Shown here: piece by piece, positions 34,355-46,082 of the stretch
How positions within the stretch are numbered: the stretch's first letter is position 1
How the letters are laid out: the number at the start of each line of letters is the position of its first letter
Source of the DNA: Nemertoderma westbladi
Taxonomy: Eukaryota > Animalia > Xenacoelomorpha
NCBI GenBank assembly: GCA_032718475.1
Contig: JAUCBJ010007282.1
Location: 1-46,082, forward strand
Length of the DNA stretch: 46,082 nucleotides
Direction of reading: 5' to 3'
Made by a program: the position numbers and the translations under genes
The notes under the pieces: generated by a model
Told to the model about the DNA's origin: nothing
Databases searched by the model: none
What the model saw: the letters and a program-made list of their open reading frames with translations, nothing else

Positions 34355-35392
34355 GTAACCCATAGCTTTGTGAAACAGATAACCCATAGCTTTGGGAAAC
34401 AGGTAATCCATAACTTTAGGAAACAGGTAAGCCATAGCTTTGGTAACCCATAGCTTTGGTAACCCATAGCTTTGGTAACCCATAGCGTTGGTAACCCATA
34501 GCTTTGGTAAGTTTTGGTAACCCATAGTTTTGGTAACCCATAGCTTTGGGAAACAGGTAACCCATAGCTTTGGTAACCAATAGTTTTGGTAACTCATAGC
34601 TTTGGTAACCCATAGCTTTGGTAACCCATAGCTTTGGGAAACAGGTAACCCATAGCTTTGGTAACCAATAGTTTTGGCAACCCATAGCTTTGGTAACCAA
34701 TAGTTTTGGCAACCCATAGCTTTGGTAACCCGTAGCTTTGGGAAACAGGTAACCCATAGCTTTGGTAACCCATAGCTTTGGTAACCGATAGCAACAGGTA
34801 ACCCATAGCTTTGGTAACCCATAGCTTTGGTAACCCATAGCTTTGGTAACTCATAGCTTTGGTAACCCATAGCAACAGGTAACCCATAGCTTTGGGAAAC
34901 AGGTAACCCATAGCTATGGGAAACAGGTAACCCATAGCTTTGGTAACCCATAGCTTTGGTAACCCACAGCTTTGGTAACCCATAGCAACAGGTAACCCAT
35001 AGCTATGGGAAACAGGTAACCCATAGCTTTGGTAACCCATAGCTTTGGTAACCCACAGCTTTGGTAACCCATAGCAACAGGTAACCCATAGCTTTGGTAA
35101 CCCATAGCTTTAGTAACCCATAGCTTTGGTAACCCATAGCTTTGGTAACCCATAGCTTTGGTAACCCATAGCTTTGGTAACCCATAGATTTGGTAACCCA
35201 TAGCTTTGGTAACCCATAGATTTGGTAACCCAGGTAACCCATAGCTTTGGTAACCCATAGCAAAAGGTAACCCATAGCAACAGGTAACCCATAGCTTTGG
35301 TAACCCATAGCTTTGGTAACCCATAGCTTTTGTCACCCATAGCTTTGGTAACCCAGGTAACCCATAGCTTTGGTAACCCATACCTTTGGTAA
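34355..35392. repeat. 16-bp minisatellite GGTAACCCATAGCTTT with GGGAAACA/AACA insertion variants
   Basis: Direct reading; roughly 60 units. Confidence 0.97.
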
Positions 35393-35567
35393 TTTAAGGA
35401 GTAGTAAAAAACTAAAAAGCCAACGTAGCTATAGACGTTGCATGCAATAAGTGATCAGCTGACAGCAGCCAATCAGCTCAGCTGATCAGTAGGTATCGCC
35501 CCGCAGCTGAAGGCATTCTCAGGAGGCCAAGCGAAGAAATGTAGAGAGAAATAATTCACAAAGGGAG

Positions 35568-37401
35568 TTTTCGAAGTTTTCGAACTTACTTTCGAAGTTA
35601 CCGACCTTCGTTTCGAAGTTATCGAACTTCGTTTCAAAGTTATCAAACTTCGTTTCGAAGTTATCGAACTTCGTTTCGAAGTTATCGAACTTCGTTTCGA
35701 AGTTATCGAACTTCGTTTCGAAGTTATCGAACTTCGTTTCGAAGTTATCGAACTTCGTTTCGAAGTTATCGAACTTCGTTTCGAAGTTATCGAACTTCGT
35801 TTCGAAGTTATCGAACTTCGTTTCGAAGTTATCGAACTTCGTTTCGAAGTTATCGAACTTCGTTTCGAAGTTATCGAACTTCGTTTCGAAGTTATCGAAC
35901 TTCGTTTCGAAGTTATCGAACTTCGTTTCGAAATTATGGAACTTCATTTCGAAGTTATCGAACTTCGTTTCGAAGTTGTCGAACTTCGTTTCGAAGTTAT
36001 CGAACTTCGTTTCGAAGTTGTCGAACTTCGTTTCGAAGTTATCGAACTTCGTTTCGAAGTTATCGAACTTCGTTTCGAAGTTATCGAACTTCGTTCAGTT
36101 ATCGACTTCGTTTAGAAGTTATCGAACTTCGTTTCGAAGTTATCGAACTTCGTTTCGAAGTTATCGAACATCGTTTCGAAGTTATCGAACTTCGTTTCGA
36201 AGTTATTGAACTTCGTTTCGAAGTTATCGAACTTTGTTTCGAAGTTATCGAACTTTGTTTAGAAGTTATCGAACTTCGTTTCGAAGTTATCGATCTTCGT
36301 TTCGAAGTTATCGAACTTCGTTTCGAAGTAATCGAACTTCGTTTCGAAGTTATCGAACTTTGTATCGAAGTTATCGAACTTCGTTCAGTTATCGAACTTC
36401 GTTTCGAAGTTATCAAACTTCGTTTCGAAGTTATCGAACTTCGTTTCGAAGTTATCGAACTTCGTTTCGAGGTTATCGAACATCGTTTCGAAGTTATCGA
36501 ACTTCGTTTCGAAGTTATCGAACTTTGTTTCGAAGTTATCGAACTTTGTTTCGAAGTTATCGAACATCGTTTCGAAGTTATCGAACTTTGTTTCGAAGTT
36601 ATCGAACTTCGTTTAGAAGTTATCGAACTTCGTTTAGAAGTTATCGAACTTCGTTTCGAAGTTATCGAACTTCGTTTCGAAGTTATCGAACTTCGTTTCG
36701 AAGTTATCGAACTTCGTTTCGAAGTTATCGAACTTCGTTTCGAAGTTATCGAACTTTGTTTCGAAGTTATCGAACTTCGTTTCGAACTTATCGACCTTAG
36801 TTTCGAAGTTATCGAACTTCGTTTCGAAGTAATCGAACTTCGTTTCGAAGTTATCGAACTTCGTATCGAAGTTATCGAACTTCGTTTCGAAGTTATCAAA
36901 CTTCGTTTCGAAGTTATCGAACTTCGTTTCGAAGTTATCGAACTTCGTTTCGAAGTTATCGAACTTCGTTTCGAAGTTATCGAACTTCGTTTCGAAGTTA
37001 TCGAACTTCGTTTCGAGGTTATCGAACATCGTTTCGAAGTTATCGAACTTCGTTTCGAAGTTATCGAACTTTGTTTCAAAGTTATCGAACATCGTTTCGA
37101 AGTTATCGAACTTCGTTTCGAAGTTATCGAACTTTGTTTCGAAGTTATCGAACTTCGTTTAGAAGTTATCGAACTTCGTTTAGAAGTTATCGAACTTCGT
37201 TTAGAAGTTATCGAACTTCGTTTCGAAGTTATCGAACTTCGTTTCGAAGTTATCGAACTTCGTTTCGAAGTTATCGAACTTCGTTTCGAAGTTATCGAAC
37301 TTCGTTTCGAAGTTATCGAACTTCGTTTCGAAGTTATCGAACTTCGTTTCGAAGTTATCGAACTTTGTTTCGAAGTTATCGAACTTCGTTTCGAAGTTAT
37401 T
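35568..37401. repeat. 21-bp satellite TTCGTTTCGAAGTTATCGAAC, ~87 copies
   Basis: Direct reading; accounts for the FETKFDN / SFRSYRT ORFs. Confidence 0.98.
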
Positions 37402-38956
37402 AGTTTCGTTTCGTTTTCTCAATTTAGTTTTCGTTTTATATATATTTTTGTTTAGTTGGTAAAATTTAGTTTTGTATCTCTTTGTTTTCTTTTCGTTTAC
37501 ATTGCTTATTGTAATTTAATAAGCTGGTGACTGGCGATGGTGATTCTGAGATTTATGAAGTTTCAATGACATAATTTAATGGGTATAATGAAAAATAGTT
37601 ACAGTAGATTGGAGTCGTTACGATAATTTTTTTTTAATTGTTAAGTTAATTTATTTAAGTTTAAATGTTCATTTAATTTTATTTTGTCGTGTATTCGTTT
37701 TATTTTCGTTTTGTCATCCTGATTTTGAGGAGACGTTTTTTCGTTTATCAGCACAAAATTTTTCTTAATTTTGGCAGATGCCACAGCAGCTGTCATGCCA
37801 CCTCATTCATTGCGTTGGTTGGCATGTTATGTTATTGTTCTTATTTAGTTTTTATAAACGTAATTTGTCGTTTTCCTGGAGACAGTCTTGTACTCTGCAG
37901 ACTGCCGGCACTGTCAAATGTTTGACTATAGTTATACAGTATTTTGCTGATTCGGAGCGTTGCTAGGATACTGTTCAATTAATCATTAACTACTTAGTGT
38001 TAAATTGGAGTTTTAGAGACGGGCACCTTCTTACAAAACTTCTAAGTTTCAACAAATTTGGAATATGTGGAGTTTATTTACAAATATACTCAACAATTCA
38101 AGAAAAAAAAAATCGCAGAATTTGACAGTTTTAGGAAAAAAAAAGTGGTTTTAACGCAAGCTGTGAGAAAAAAACGCATTGCGTTAAAAAACGCAGAGCA
38201 GTGGGATTTGTAAGACTCAGGGGCATACGCAGTGGCATTGGGAACGAGCCCAGTATCTGTAGTCTTTAGTGTTGAGAACTGAATCAATTTTGACTAATTT
38301 CAGTTACAGTTTCAGTATTCAAAGTTTTGCATTTCAGTTACAGTTACAGTATTACAAAATTGAGCATTTCAGTTTCAGTTTTGATCGCGATAAAATTTCA
38401 GTTACTGTTTCAGTTATAGATTCAATATATTATCCCACATAGTATTAAAGTAAGCAGTCATTGAAATAATGTCTCATCCGGGCGGGGTGCAGTGCAGTCA
38501 CTCACCCAATGAGTCACTTGCCAAACAAAAATCAAACGAATCACTTGCCCAATAAAAAAGGTAATCGAAAACTGTAAATGAATCACTTTAATATATATTA
38601 CTGTAATAAACACTAATAATAATATTCATTACGAAACTGCCTGTTTATAGAGCCTGACTACCTGAGCGGTATAGGTTAGTTGTTGTAGGAAAGGGACCCC
38701 ATCTATGGTAATATTTTGTAACTAATACCACATTTTACTGTACATCTTGTTTCAATGCTTGTACTGTTATCATTTATTGTTTTGGTTATAAAGGCCATGC
38801 TTCTGAAACCTGTTCATTTCCCTTAATTTATAATTTGTTATAGTAAGCATATATTTGTAGTTTTAGTTAGACCCACTTCGTTAAGCTGCTCCTTTTACTT
38901 TTTAAGTTTAATTGTAATTTTGTAATTTATAATTCTTCTTCTCGCAACTGAAAGAT

Positions 38957-39316
38957 ATGAGTATGAGAACCCTCCAGGAGAAATACCGGCTCGGTCGTCG
39001 ACCGGGTCAACAAGGACCGCGTCCCTCATTGGTACACCAGGCTGGGGTCGATAATTCGGCTACTGGAACAGAAGACAGAGAAGAAAGAAGAACCAACCTG
39101 CTGAAATGTAAAAATACACTAAAGATTGCTACAATGAACGCACGCACGCTGAAAGCACAGAGCAAACAGGGTGACATGGTCGCCCTGGCAATGGAATATA
39201 ACATCGACATCATCTGCATCCAAGAACATCGGATTTGTCATGAAGACACTGCCATGAAGTACAATGACATTGGAAATGGATGGACGTTAGTAACAAGCTC
39301 AGCAGTAAGAAACTAG
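38957..39316 (+). pseudogene. RTE-group LINE 5' fragment (APE endonuclease N-terminus)
   Basis: LKIATMNARTLK...NIDIICIQEHR...WTLVTSSA. Confidence 0.85.
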
Positions 39317-39449
39317 TCAAGATAACTCTTACTGTATAGGCCTATATTGCCCATTGCTATTGAGATATTATACACAATTCGTTAGCCATATCAATTATCA
39401 GGTTTCCAATTTCTCAGGTTCAACAATTTAGTATCAAAATTCAAAAGTA

Positions 39450-39615
39450 TCTAAATAAGGATACGCGTCATATTGTCGAAAGGGGTGCGCCATATTGTCG
39501 AAAAAAAATTCGACATTTTGACATGCCCAAAAACTTTTTCGACAATTTGACTCTACTTTTCGACAATTTGTCTCTTTCGACATTTTGGCTCTTTCGACAT
39601 TTTGACCATAAGCCC
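39450..39615. mobile_element. Terminal fragment of a small DNA transposon (TTTCGACAWTTTG repeats) at the RTE internal deletion
   Basis: Repeated TTCGACATTTTG ending ...TTTTGACCATAAGCC; superfamily not determinable. Confidence 0.45.
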
Positions 39616-40343
39616 TAAATAAAGTGGAGAGGGCTGCTAAGGAGGTTGGATTGCATATAAATGCTACCAAGACTGAATTCATGACTTTTATTTAATGTTG
39701 ATGGAAACTTGACAACCATTGATAATAATCAACTAAGGAAGGTTGACGACTTCCAGTACCTAGGATCATGGATAGAGAGTAGCAAAAAGGATATAGAAGT
39801 TAGGAAAGCAAAGGCTTGGGTAGCTCTATCAAAAATGGATATGATCTGGAAATCAGATCTCTCCAGGCACCTGAAGACTAAGTTCTTTCGAGCCACAGTG
39901 GAAAGTGTATTTTTATACCTGTATACCTGTGTTTATACCTTTTTATTACCTGGACACTGACTAAATCACTTGAACAACGAATTGATGGTTGCTACACAAG
40001 ACTACTAAGGGCAGCCCTAAACATCAGCTGGAGACAACACATGACAAACGCCGAGCTTTATGGTACAATACCACCTGTATCAACCACCCTCCGCGAACGC
40101 AGATTAAGATTCAGTGGGCACTGCTGGCGAAGTAAAGACGAGGTCATACCAGATCTACTTTTCTGGCAACCAACTCATGGAAAGCGTAGTCGTGGACGAC
40201 CGGCCATAACATATATAGATCAACTTGAAAGGGATACTGAACTTGGGAGAAACGAAATTGCGACAACTATGGAGAATCGGGAAGCCTGGAAGGATCTCAT
40301 TTCCACTGTCCGAGTTCGCTCGACTTAGTAGTAGTAGTAGTAA
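39615..40343 (+). mobile_element. RTE-group LINE 3' end (RT C-terminus) with (TAG)n tail
   Basis: VGLHINATKTEFM, VDDFQYLGSWI, LRERRLRFSGHCWR, RSRGRPAITYIDQL; stop followed directly by TAG repeats. Confidence 0.92.
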
Positions 40344-42369
40344 TTTATAATGGTAAACTTTAAAATATATATCCGTTATATATCCCTCTACCATTAACTA
40401 TATTTTTGTTCATCTAAAACATTTACATTTTTTGATATGCGATATTTAGGAAGCAAAGAGTGCTGATAAGGCTGATAATAGTCTAATAGTTGAGATAGAT
40501 AAACATGACAAAATTATAACTACAGTATATGCTAGAGTTATATGTATCATGCTAGTTGAGTGAAGTAGGCAATGGGTCTTTGGGACACTTGACTACTATC
40601 AAGGTTCAAACCTAATAATAAATAAAAATACAATGTTTTAAAAATGATACACATGTCGACCACTGTTATTCATTTATTAATTAAACTAGTACAATACTCT
40701 TTCAAATGCTGATTCATGTTAATTGTGTGGTTGAGAACTGAATCGATTTTTAGTAATTTCAGTTACAGTATTCAAAATTCCTAATTACAGTTTCAGTTAC
40801 AGTATTCAAAATTCGCAATTACAGTTACAGTTATAGTTACAGTATCAAAAAAATCATTCAGTTACAGTTGCAGTATAATTACAGTTACAGTTCTCAACAC
40901 TGGTAGTCTTGCGATACCACGCCGTTGAAAGAGCATAGTCAACCCGAGTGACAACCAAATGAAGAAAGGAGTCAAGCGGCCCTCCACCTCCATCTCAAGG
41001 ATAAACTTAAGATTAGGATTGAGGTCATTGACCTCTCTCAGCTTCTCGGTGGGGTCGTTACTACCAATGCTAAATACGTCATCGACGTAAATATCACTAA
41101 GCTTGGTGAATGCAGCGATCCTCCCGTCGAACTGTGACAAAAAGATGTCGGCGAGTATGGGGCCCAATGGAGACCCCATAGCGACACCATCTTTCTGACA
41201 GATGTAGTTACCATGGCGATCAAGGAATACGATATCCTTGGTGGCTAACAGCATAAGACCAATAAATTGGTCCTTATTAATTAGACACAGCACTGTTTGT
41301 AGATATCTTACCCTCGGGCAGCACATCCAACATATCTCTGAGAAATCCTGCAATAAGATGGTATATGCTGCCGGGCATAGAGGTTATTGGACGTAGCGGG
41401 ACACCAGCCGGACTTTGGCGAGGCCATAAAGTCTATATAGGAGTGGTATTCTTGCGAGGTAGTAACCCCGCTAAGAGTTCCCCACTCTCCTTGCCCACAA
41501 TGCTCCTGACTTCATCACGAATAACCTCCGCCCTACAATAAACGAAAGTTAACACATGTTACAAGTTTAAGAAAATAAGAAAAGTTAAGATTAAGAAGAA
41601 AAGTTACAAGAATAAGAAAAAAAAGTTGGTATTTCAACTCAGTTTAAAGAATAACTTCTCCCCATCTGACATACAGTTTATTAAGTTAATGCAGTTGCAG
41701 TTATACCTCGTTTTGCAGTGGTAGGTGGGATTTTTGGCATTTGGGAGCAGCTGATTTTAAACCAAAATTAAAAGTTAAAGTATTGCGTCATACAGTCATG
41801 GAAGGCCTGTAAATTGACCAAATTTCTAAGTGTTTTTCTCTAGGAACCGGTAAATTGACCAAAAATAAAAAAATTTTCTAAGTGGTTTGACACGGGAACT
41901 GGTAAACAATAGTTACTGCGATTCAAATTATTATACTCTTCAACTCCTGATGCTGCCTTACTCAATGTTAAAATAATGTTCTCGAATATTTATTACGTAA
42001 CTAGAGAACCGCTTAACTACATAAACTAATATTGGATATTGAGTTCAGTTTTGGACGAAGACAAAGTTGCAATAACTTTTGAGGTGTGAATGGATTTTAT
42101 TCAAATTAGTTGCAAACCTTTTCTACTTCAAGTAATAAAATTATGAAATTCCACCAAAAACAATTTCACATTTTCTTATCTTCAATGTTTTACTTTTTTT
42201 CGCAGGGAAAAACTAAAATCAATGCAATCCTATGGGTTACTTCCTCTCTAGAGAAAAAATATCTACTTTTTCCCTACGATTGACTTCGTAATAAATTTAA
42301 AAAACACAACAGTTTTGTATGAGGAATGAATACATTAAACTGTTGGATAAAGTAACATATTCGCCGAGT

Positions 42370-43800
42370 TTACCGCAACGGTGAGGAATTCCCTATCTGA
42401 TTGTGTTGACTCGGCGTCAAGGAAACGCCGCCGATATCTGCGTCCCGCGGCGGCAGTTTGACGTGCAACTGGATGCGAAGCAACGCGGCTCGCAACGTCA
42501 ACGCCTTGCAACGTCGCTCGTAGTCGCGGCAGATCTCGAGCCCGCGTTCGAACGTAGCGGTACGCGCGTGCGTGTCCTTAGCGTAGACTATCTTATTGTG
42601 CGAGTCGATCCTCGCCGCGATCTTCCCGTCCAGTATCAACGCCATCACCTCGTCCTCCAACGATCCCACGTCCGTGTTGAACGCCGTCGCCATCGCGTTC
42701 ATATCCGCGGACACGTAAGGACTGAAGTACTGACACAACGCTTTCTTACGTATCTGGGAGTAAAGAACGCCAACGTGTTCCGCAAGGTATATGTCCACGA
42801 GGAACACGTTCCGAAGTCCATCGAGCAGCCGTAGACACTGGGCGTAGGACGAGGCGTAGAAGGCGGAGACCGCGTCCCGTAGTTGGGGCTCCAAGTCAAG
42901 GAACTGCTTGAAGGAGGCGCTACCGAGCACCAGTTTGTGTAGCTCCGAGCGCTCGAACGTGGCCAATGCGGTGAGTCCGCCGTAAACGGCGACGTTCCCA
43001 GGGGATAGAACCTCGGGGAAGTCGCAATAATCAAAGGAAGCAGAAACAAAGGATTTAGCCGCCGCTTTGTACTTCTTCAGACCTAATTCTGCGATCCCAG
43101 CGGCACATTTCAGTTTGGTTTCGGTAGCAGCGTCAGCTACTGCGTCCTTGCGTTCCCGGTCTGCGTAATCAGCTGTCGCCACAGCTTTGTTTACAAAACT
43201 GTTGACATGGGACCAGTTCCTCAGATAGATGCTCACCTTGATGACATTCAGGTTCATACTGATGTGGTGCTTGGTTGAGGTGCAGTAGTCCCTGGAGCGA
43301 CTGTAGCACTTGAGCGCGTTGCAGAGATCCCCGGTGTCGAGGTAGTGGTCGCCAAGGTCGTCATGACCGCGCCGGATACTCTCCTTTATTGAGTTGGCCT
43401 TGTAGTTCTTGAGGTCGGTGTCGAGTTTCTCGAGTTTCAGCGAGGATTTCTTTGCGGTGTTTTCAATCCAAGTCGTGTCTAACTGCGGTGGTGGCGGGAG
43501 GTTTGCGTCGGATGAGTGGGAATTGATGACGTCGGTGAGTTTGGCGTGGAGACTCTGGTAGTTCTCAACGTTGTAGGTTGTCTGAGAGTAAATCAATGCG
43601 AGTCGGAGCGCCTCCAGCTTAAGGGAGCCACAATGGTCGGCGAGGTATTCCAGTCGCTTCACCTTCGCATGTCCAATGTACTGGGAGGCATAGCTGTCCA
43701 GGTCCAGGGTGGAAGAGTCAACAACCAACTCCTGGGGTAAACCGGCCACATTTTCATTGTCCTCCGGCAAATCAACCTGCATGGGTTCTATGCTAGCCAT
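42370..43800 (-). CDS. GPS1: COP9 signalosome complex subunit 1 (CSN1/GPS1), 476 aa, single coding exon
   Basis: EPMQVD N-terminus; KLEKLDTDLKNYKANSIKESIRRGHDDLGDHYLDTGDLCNALKCYSRSRDYC; C-terminal PCI domain (ALCQYFSPYVSADM...LILDGKIAARIDSHNKI). Full length with no disablements. Confidence 0.97.
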   Translation of the reverse strand: MASIEPMQVDLPEDNENVAGLPQELVVDSSTLDLDSYASQYIGHAKVKRLEYLADHCGSLKLEALRLALIYSQTTYNVENYQSLHAKLTDVINSHSSDANLPPPPQLDTTWIENTAKKSSLKLEKLDTDLKNYKANSIKESIRRGHDDLGDHYLDTGDLCNALKCYSRSRDYCTSTKHHISMNLNVIKVSIYLRNWSHVNSFVNKAVATADYADRERKDAVADAATETKLKCAAGIAELGLKKYKAAAKSFVSASFDYCDFPEVLSPGNVAVYGGLTALATFERSELHKLVLGSASFKQFLDLEPQLRDAVSAFYASSYAQCLRLLDGLRNVFLVDIYLAEHVGVLYSQIRKKALCQYFSPYVSADMNAMATAFNTDVGSLEDEVMALILDGKIAARIDSHNKIVYAKDTHARTATFERGLEICRDYERRCKALTLRAALLRIQLHVKLPPRDADIGGVSLTPSQHNQIGNSSPLR

Positions 43801-43854
43801 ATCATTCCTATCTTTAATACTGCTATCCCCCTATCTGCCTATCACATTATCAGC

Positions 43855-43883
43855 CTATACAAACAAATTCCAGAAATTAGTGC
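43855..43883 (-). promoter_or_regulatory. Candidate 3' splice acceptor with branch point, 54 nt upstream of the CSN1 ATG
   Basis: Sense CACTAAT...AATTTGTTTGTATAG|G; weak donor candidate GTAACG near 43937. Confidence 0.45.
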
Positions 43884-44033
43884 ACAGTGAATTATGTCTG
43901 TATGTGGTATGCTATGCTTATGCTGATATGTACGTTACGTACAGCGGTACAGCGTCAGTGAGTCGGAGTCGGACTGTCCGAGAATGAAGGCCTACTGAAC
44001 ATAAGCGGGTTCATGGAGTAGGCCTAGACAGCT

Positions 44034-44844
44034 AGATCTGGGGTGAATCATTTCGACCTAAGCGTAGGGCGTAGCTGCGCGTAGGTCGACACATTGGGTC
44101 ATATATCACCAGTTTCAGAGTTTTATCATTAACTACAGTACGCGTAGGTGCTACGCATAGCTACGCGTAGGTGCTACGCATAACTATGCGTAATACGACG
44201 TTTATCATTAGTACTGTAGGCCTACACATATTCCAAGCGGTTCAGTACAATACTGTATGTTCAATATACAACCATCAAATGTTTTCAACGGAAATATAAC
44301 CATGATTATACACTATACAGTATTATCAGCTTTCGCTTAACCACTTCAACGGTAGACTGGAGCTTATAGTACCGGTACCGTACTGTATAATATTTAAATT
44401 ATCCAATGGAAGCAAAGAAACTTGGTAATATACGTGAATTTTAAGTTTACTTTTCATTCATCCTGTGTTTGTATGTGAAAGAGCCGAATATTATTTATTA
44501 CCAGTGCTGTATGTATAGAGATATGAACTTCCGATTCTGTTATTCCATTTGTCTGATAATCAGATACCTGACATATACCGATACTTGCCTAACAACTCAA
44601 CCGTACCGGACCTGAAATGAAAAATCATTGTTATCAGGACTGCTACGCGTAGCACCTACGCGTAGTTTCAAAATACCTACGCGTAGTTCCAAAAATACCT
44701 AAGCGTAGTTTTAAAACACCTACGTGTAGTTTTAAAAAAGGCAGTAAGTCTGGCCCTACCTGTAAATAACAGGAATGGTAGTTACAAACTACGCGTAGCT
44801 ACGCGTAGGCCTACGCGTAGGTCGAAAAGATTTACCCCAGATCT
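44034..44844. mobile_element. MITE-like element with ~35-bp imperfect TIRs and TACGCGTAG subterminal repeats
   Basis: Left AGATCTGGGGTGAATCATTTCGACCTAAGCGTAGG versus reverse-complemented right end AGATCTGGGGTAAATCTTTTCGACCTACGCGTAGG; no TSD recognised. Confidence 0.8.
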
Positions 44845-44862
44845 GCAGATTTAATTGCTGTG

Positions 44863-46082
44863 TTTGACTTTTCCACGTAGGTGTAGCCTATGGGTTTGAC
44901 TTTTCCACGTAGGTGTAGCCTATGGGTTTGACTTTTCCACGTAGGTGTAGCCTATGGGTTTTGTCTTTTCCACGTAGGTGTAGCCTATGGGTTTGACTTT
45001 TCCACGTAGGTGTAGCCTATGGGTTTGACTTTTCCACGTAGGTGTAGCCTATGGGTTTGACTTTTCCACGTAGGTGTAGCCTATGGGTTTGACTTTTCCA
45101 CGTAGGTGTAGCCTATGGGTTTTGTCTTTTCCACGTAGGTGTAGCCTATGGGTTTTGACTTTTCCACGTAGGTGTAGCCTATGGGTTTGACTTTTCCACG
45201 TAGGTGTAGCCTATGGGTTTGACTTTTCCACGTAGGTGTAGCCTATGGGTTTGACTTTTCCACGTAGGTGTAGCCTATGGGTTTGACTTTTCCACGTAGG
45301 TGTAGCCTATGGGTTTTGTCTTTTCCACGTAGGTGTAGCCTATGGGTTTTGACTTTTCCACGTAGGTGTAGCCTATGGGTTTTGTCTTTTCCACGTAGGT
45401 GTAGCCTATGGGTTTTGACTTTTCCACGTAGGTGTAGCCTATGGGTTTGACTTTTCCACGTAGGTGTAGCCTATGGGTTTGACTTTTCCACGTAGGTGTA
45501 GCCTATGGGTTTGACTTTTCCACGTAGGTGTAGCCTATGGGTTTTGTCTTTTCCACGTAGGTGTAGCCTATGGGTTTGACTTTTCCACGTAGGTGTAGCC
45601 TATGGGTTTGACTTTTCCACGTAGGTGTAGGCCTATGGGTTTGACTTTTCCACGTAGGTGTAGCCTATGGGTTTGACTTTTCCACGTAGGTGTAGCCTAT
45701 GGGTTTTTGTCTTTTCCACGTAGGTGTAGCCTATGGGTTTGACTTTTCCACGTAGGTGTAGCCTATGGGTTTGACTTTTCCACGTAGGTGTAGCCTATGG
45801 GTCTTGACTTTTCCACGTAGGTGTAGCCTATGGGTTTGACTTTTCCACGTAGGTGTAGCCTATGGGTTTTGTCTTTTCCACGTAGGTATAGCCTATGGGA
45901 TTTGACTTTTCCACGTAGGTGTAGCCTATGGGTTTGACTTTTCCACGTAGGTGTAGCCTATAGTGTTTGACTTTCCACGTAGGTGTAGCCTATGGGTTTG
46001 ACTTTTCCACGTAGGTGTAGCCTATGGGTTTGACTTTTCCACGTAGGTGTAGCCTATGGGTTTTGTCTTTTCCACGTAGGTG
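44863..46082. repeat. 32-bp satellite TTTGACTTTTCCACGTAGGTGTAGCCTATGGG, ~38 copies, continues past window end
   Basis: Direct reading; 33-bp TTTTGTCTTTT variant interspersed. Confidence 0.98.

Larger units (their letters stand above)
38267..40902. mobile_element. Non-autonomous hAT-type DNA transposon (2636 bp) with TIRs and 8-bp TSD
   Basis: TAGTGTTGAGAACTG ... CAGTTCTCAACACTG; TSD GTAGTCTT at 38259-38266 and 40903-40910; TTACAG/TTTCAG subterminal repeats at both ends. Confidence 0.9.
38200..41540 (-). mobile_element. Penelope-like element RT fragment (41540-40903 and 38266-38200), split by a hAT insertion
   Basis: YRLYGLAK...VPLRPITSMPGS, QKDGVAMGSPLGPILADIF, YVDDVF, LNPNLKFILEME. Removing 38267-40902 and one TSD restores STAWYR-KTTDTGLVPNATAYAPESYK. 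Confidence 0.88.

Noticed and set aside
34304-37422. ORFs made of GYQSYGLPKLWVTKAM, FETKFDN and SSITSKR repeats
   Set aside because: Artefacts of stop-poor 16-bp and 21-bp tandem repeats.
42403-43987. ORFs overlapping CSN1
   Set aside because: Alternative-frame or antisense shadows of a GC-rich CDS with no recognisable motifs.
44863-46082. Telomeric repeat at the window end
   Set aside because: The 32-bp unit with interspersed variants is unlike short telomerase repeats; a subtelomeric location cannot be judged from this window.

Overview
Repeat-dense invertebrate (metazoan) genomic DNA with one host gene; the taxon cannot be fixed from this window. 1-17347: two diverged Bel/Pao LTR retrotransposons sit head-to-head. 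Copy A (minus strand) has a 5' LTR at 5976-7167, a 2.25 kb leader, and a gag-pol ORF from 3722 that runs off the window and is missing from the ORF track. Copy B (plus strand) lacks its 5' LTR and has a 1376-aa Gag-protease ORF with RT/RNase H and integrase removed by two in-frame deletions. It also has a disrupted ~1.4 kb accessory ORF with three CCHC knuckles in the env position, and a PPT plus 3' LTR at 16226-17347. Copy A has no tRNA primer-binding site; the 15 nt after its LTR are perfectly complementary to a segment of that LTR, the geometry expected for self-priming. 18214-29467: head-to-tail concatemer of a non-autonomous Helitron (precise CTAG|TC junctions), built largely from ~146-bp monomers, most carrying a CTCF-like motif. 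29468-41540: decayed CR1/L2-group LINE with a tRNA-derived SINE inserted (8-bp TSD), a Bel/Pao integrase fragment, three minisatellites (42, 16, 21 bp), and a nest of Penelope-like element > hAT element (8-bp TSD) > RTE LINE. 42370-43800: COP9 signalosome subunit 1 (CSN1/GPS1) with an uninterrupted CDS, flanked on its upstream side by an inverted-repeat element and a 32-bp satellite running off the window. All alignments were done by eye; copy counts and many boundaries are approximate.
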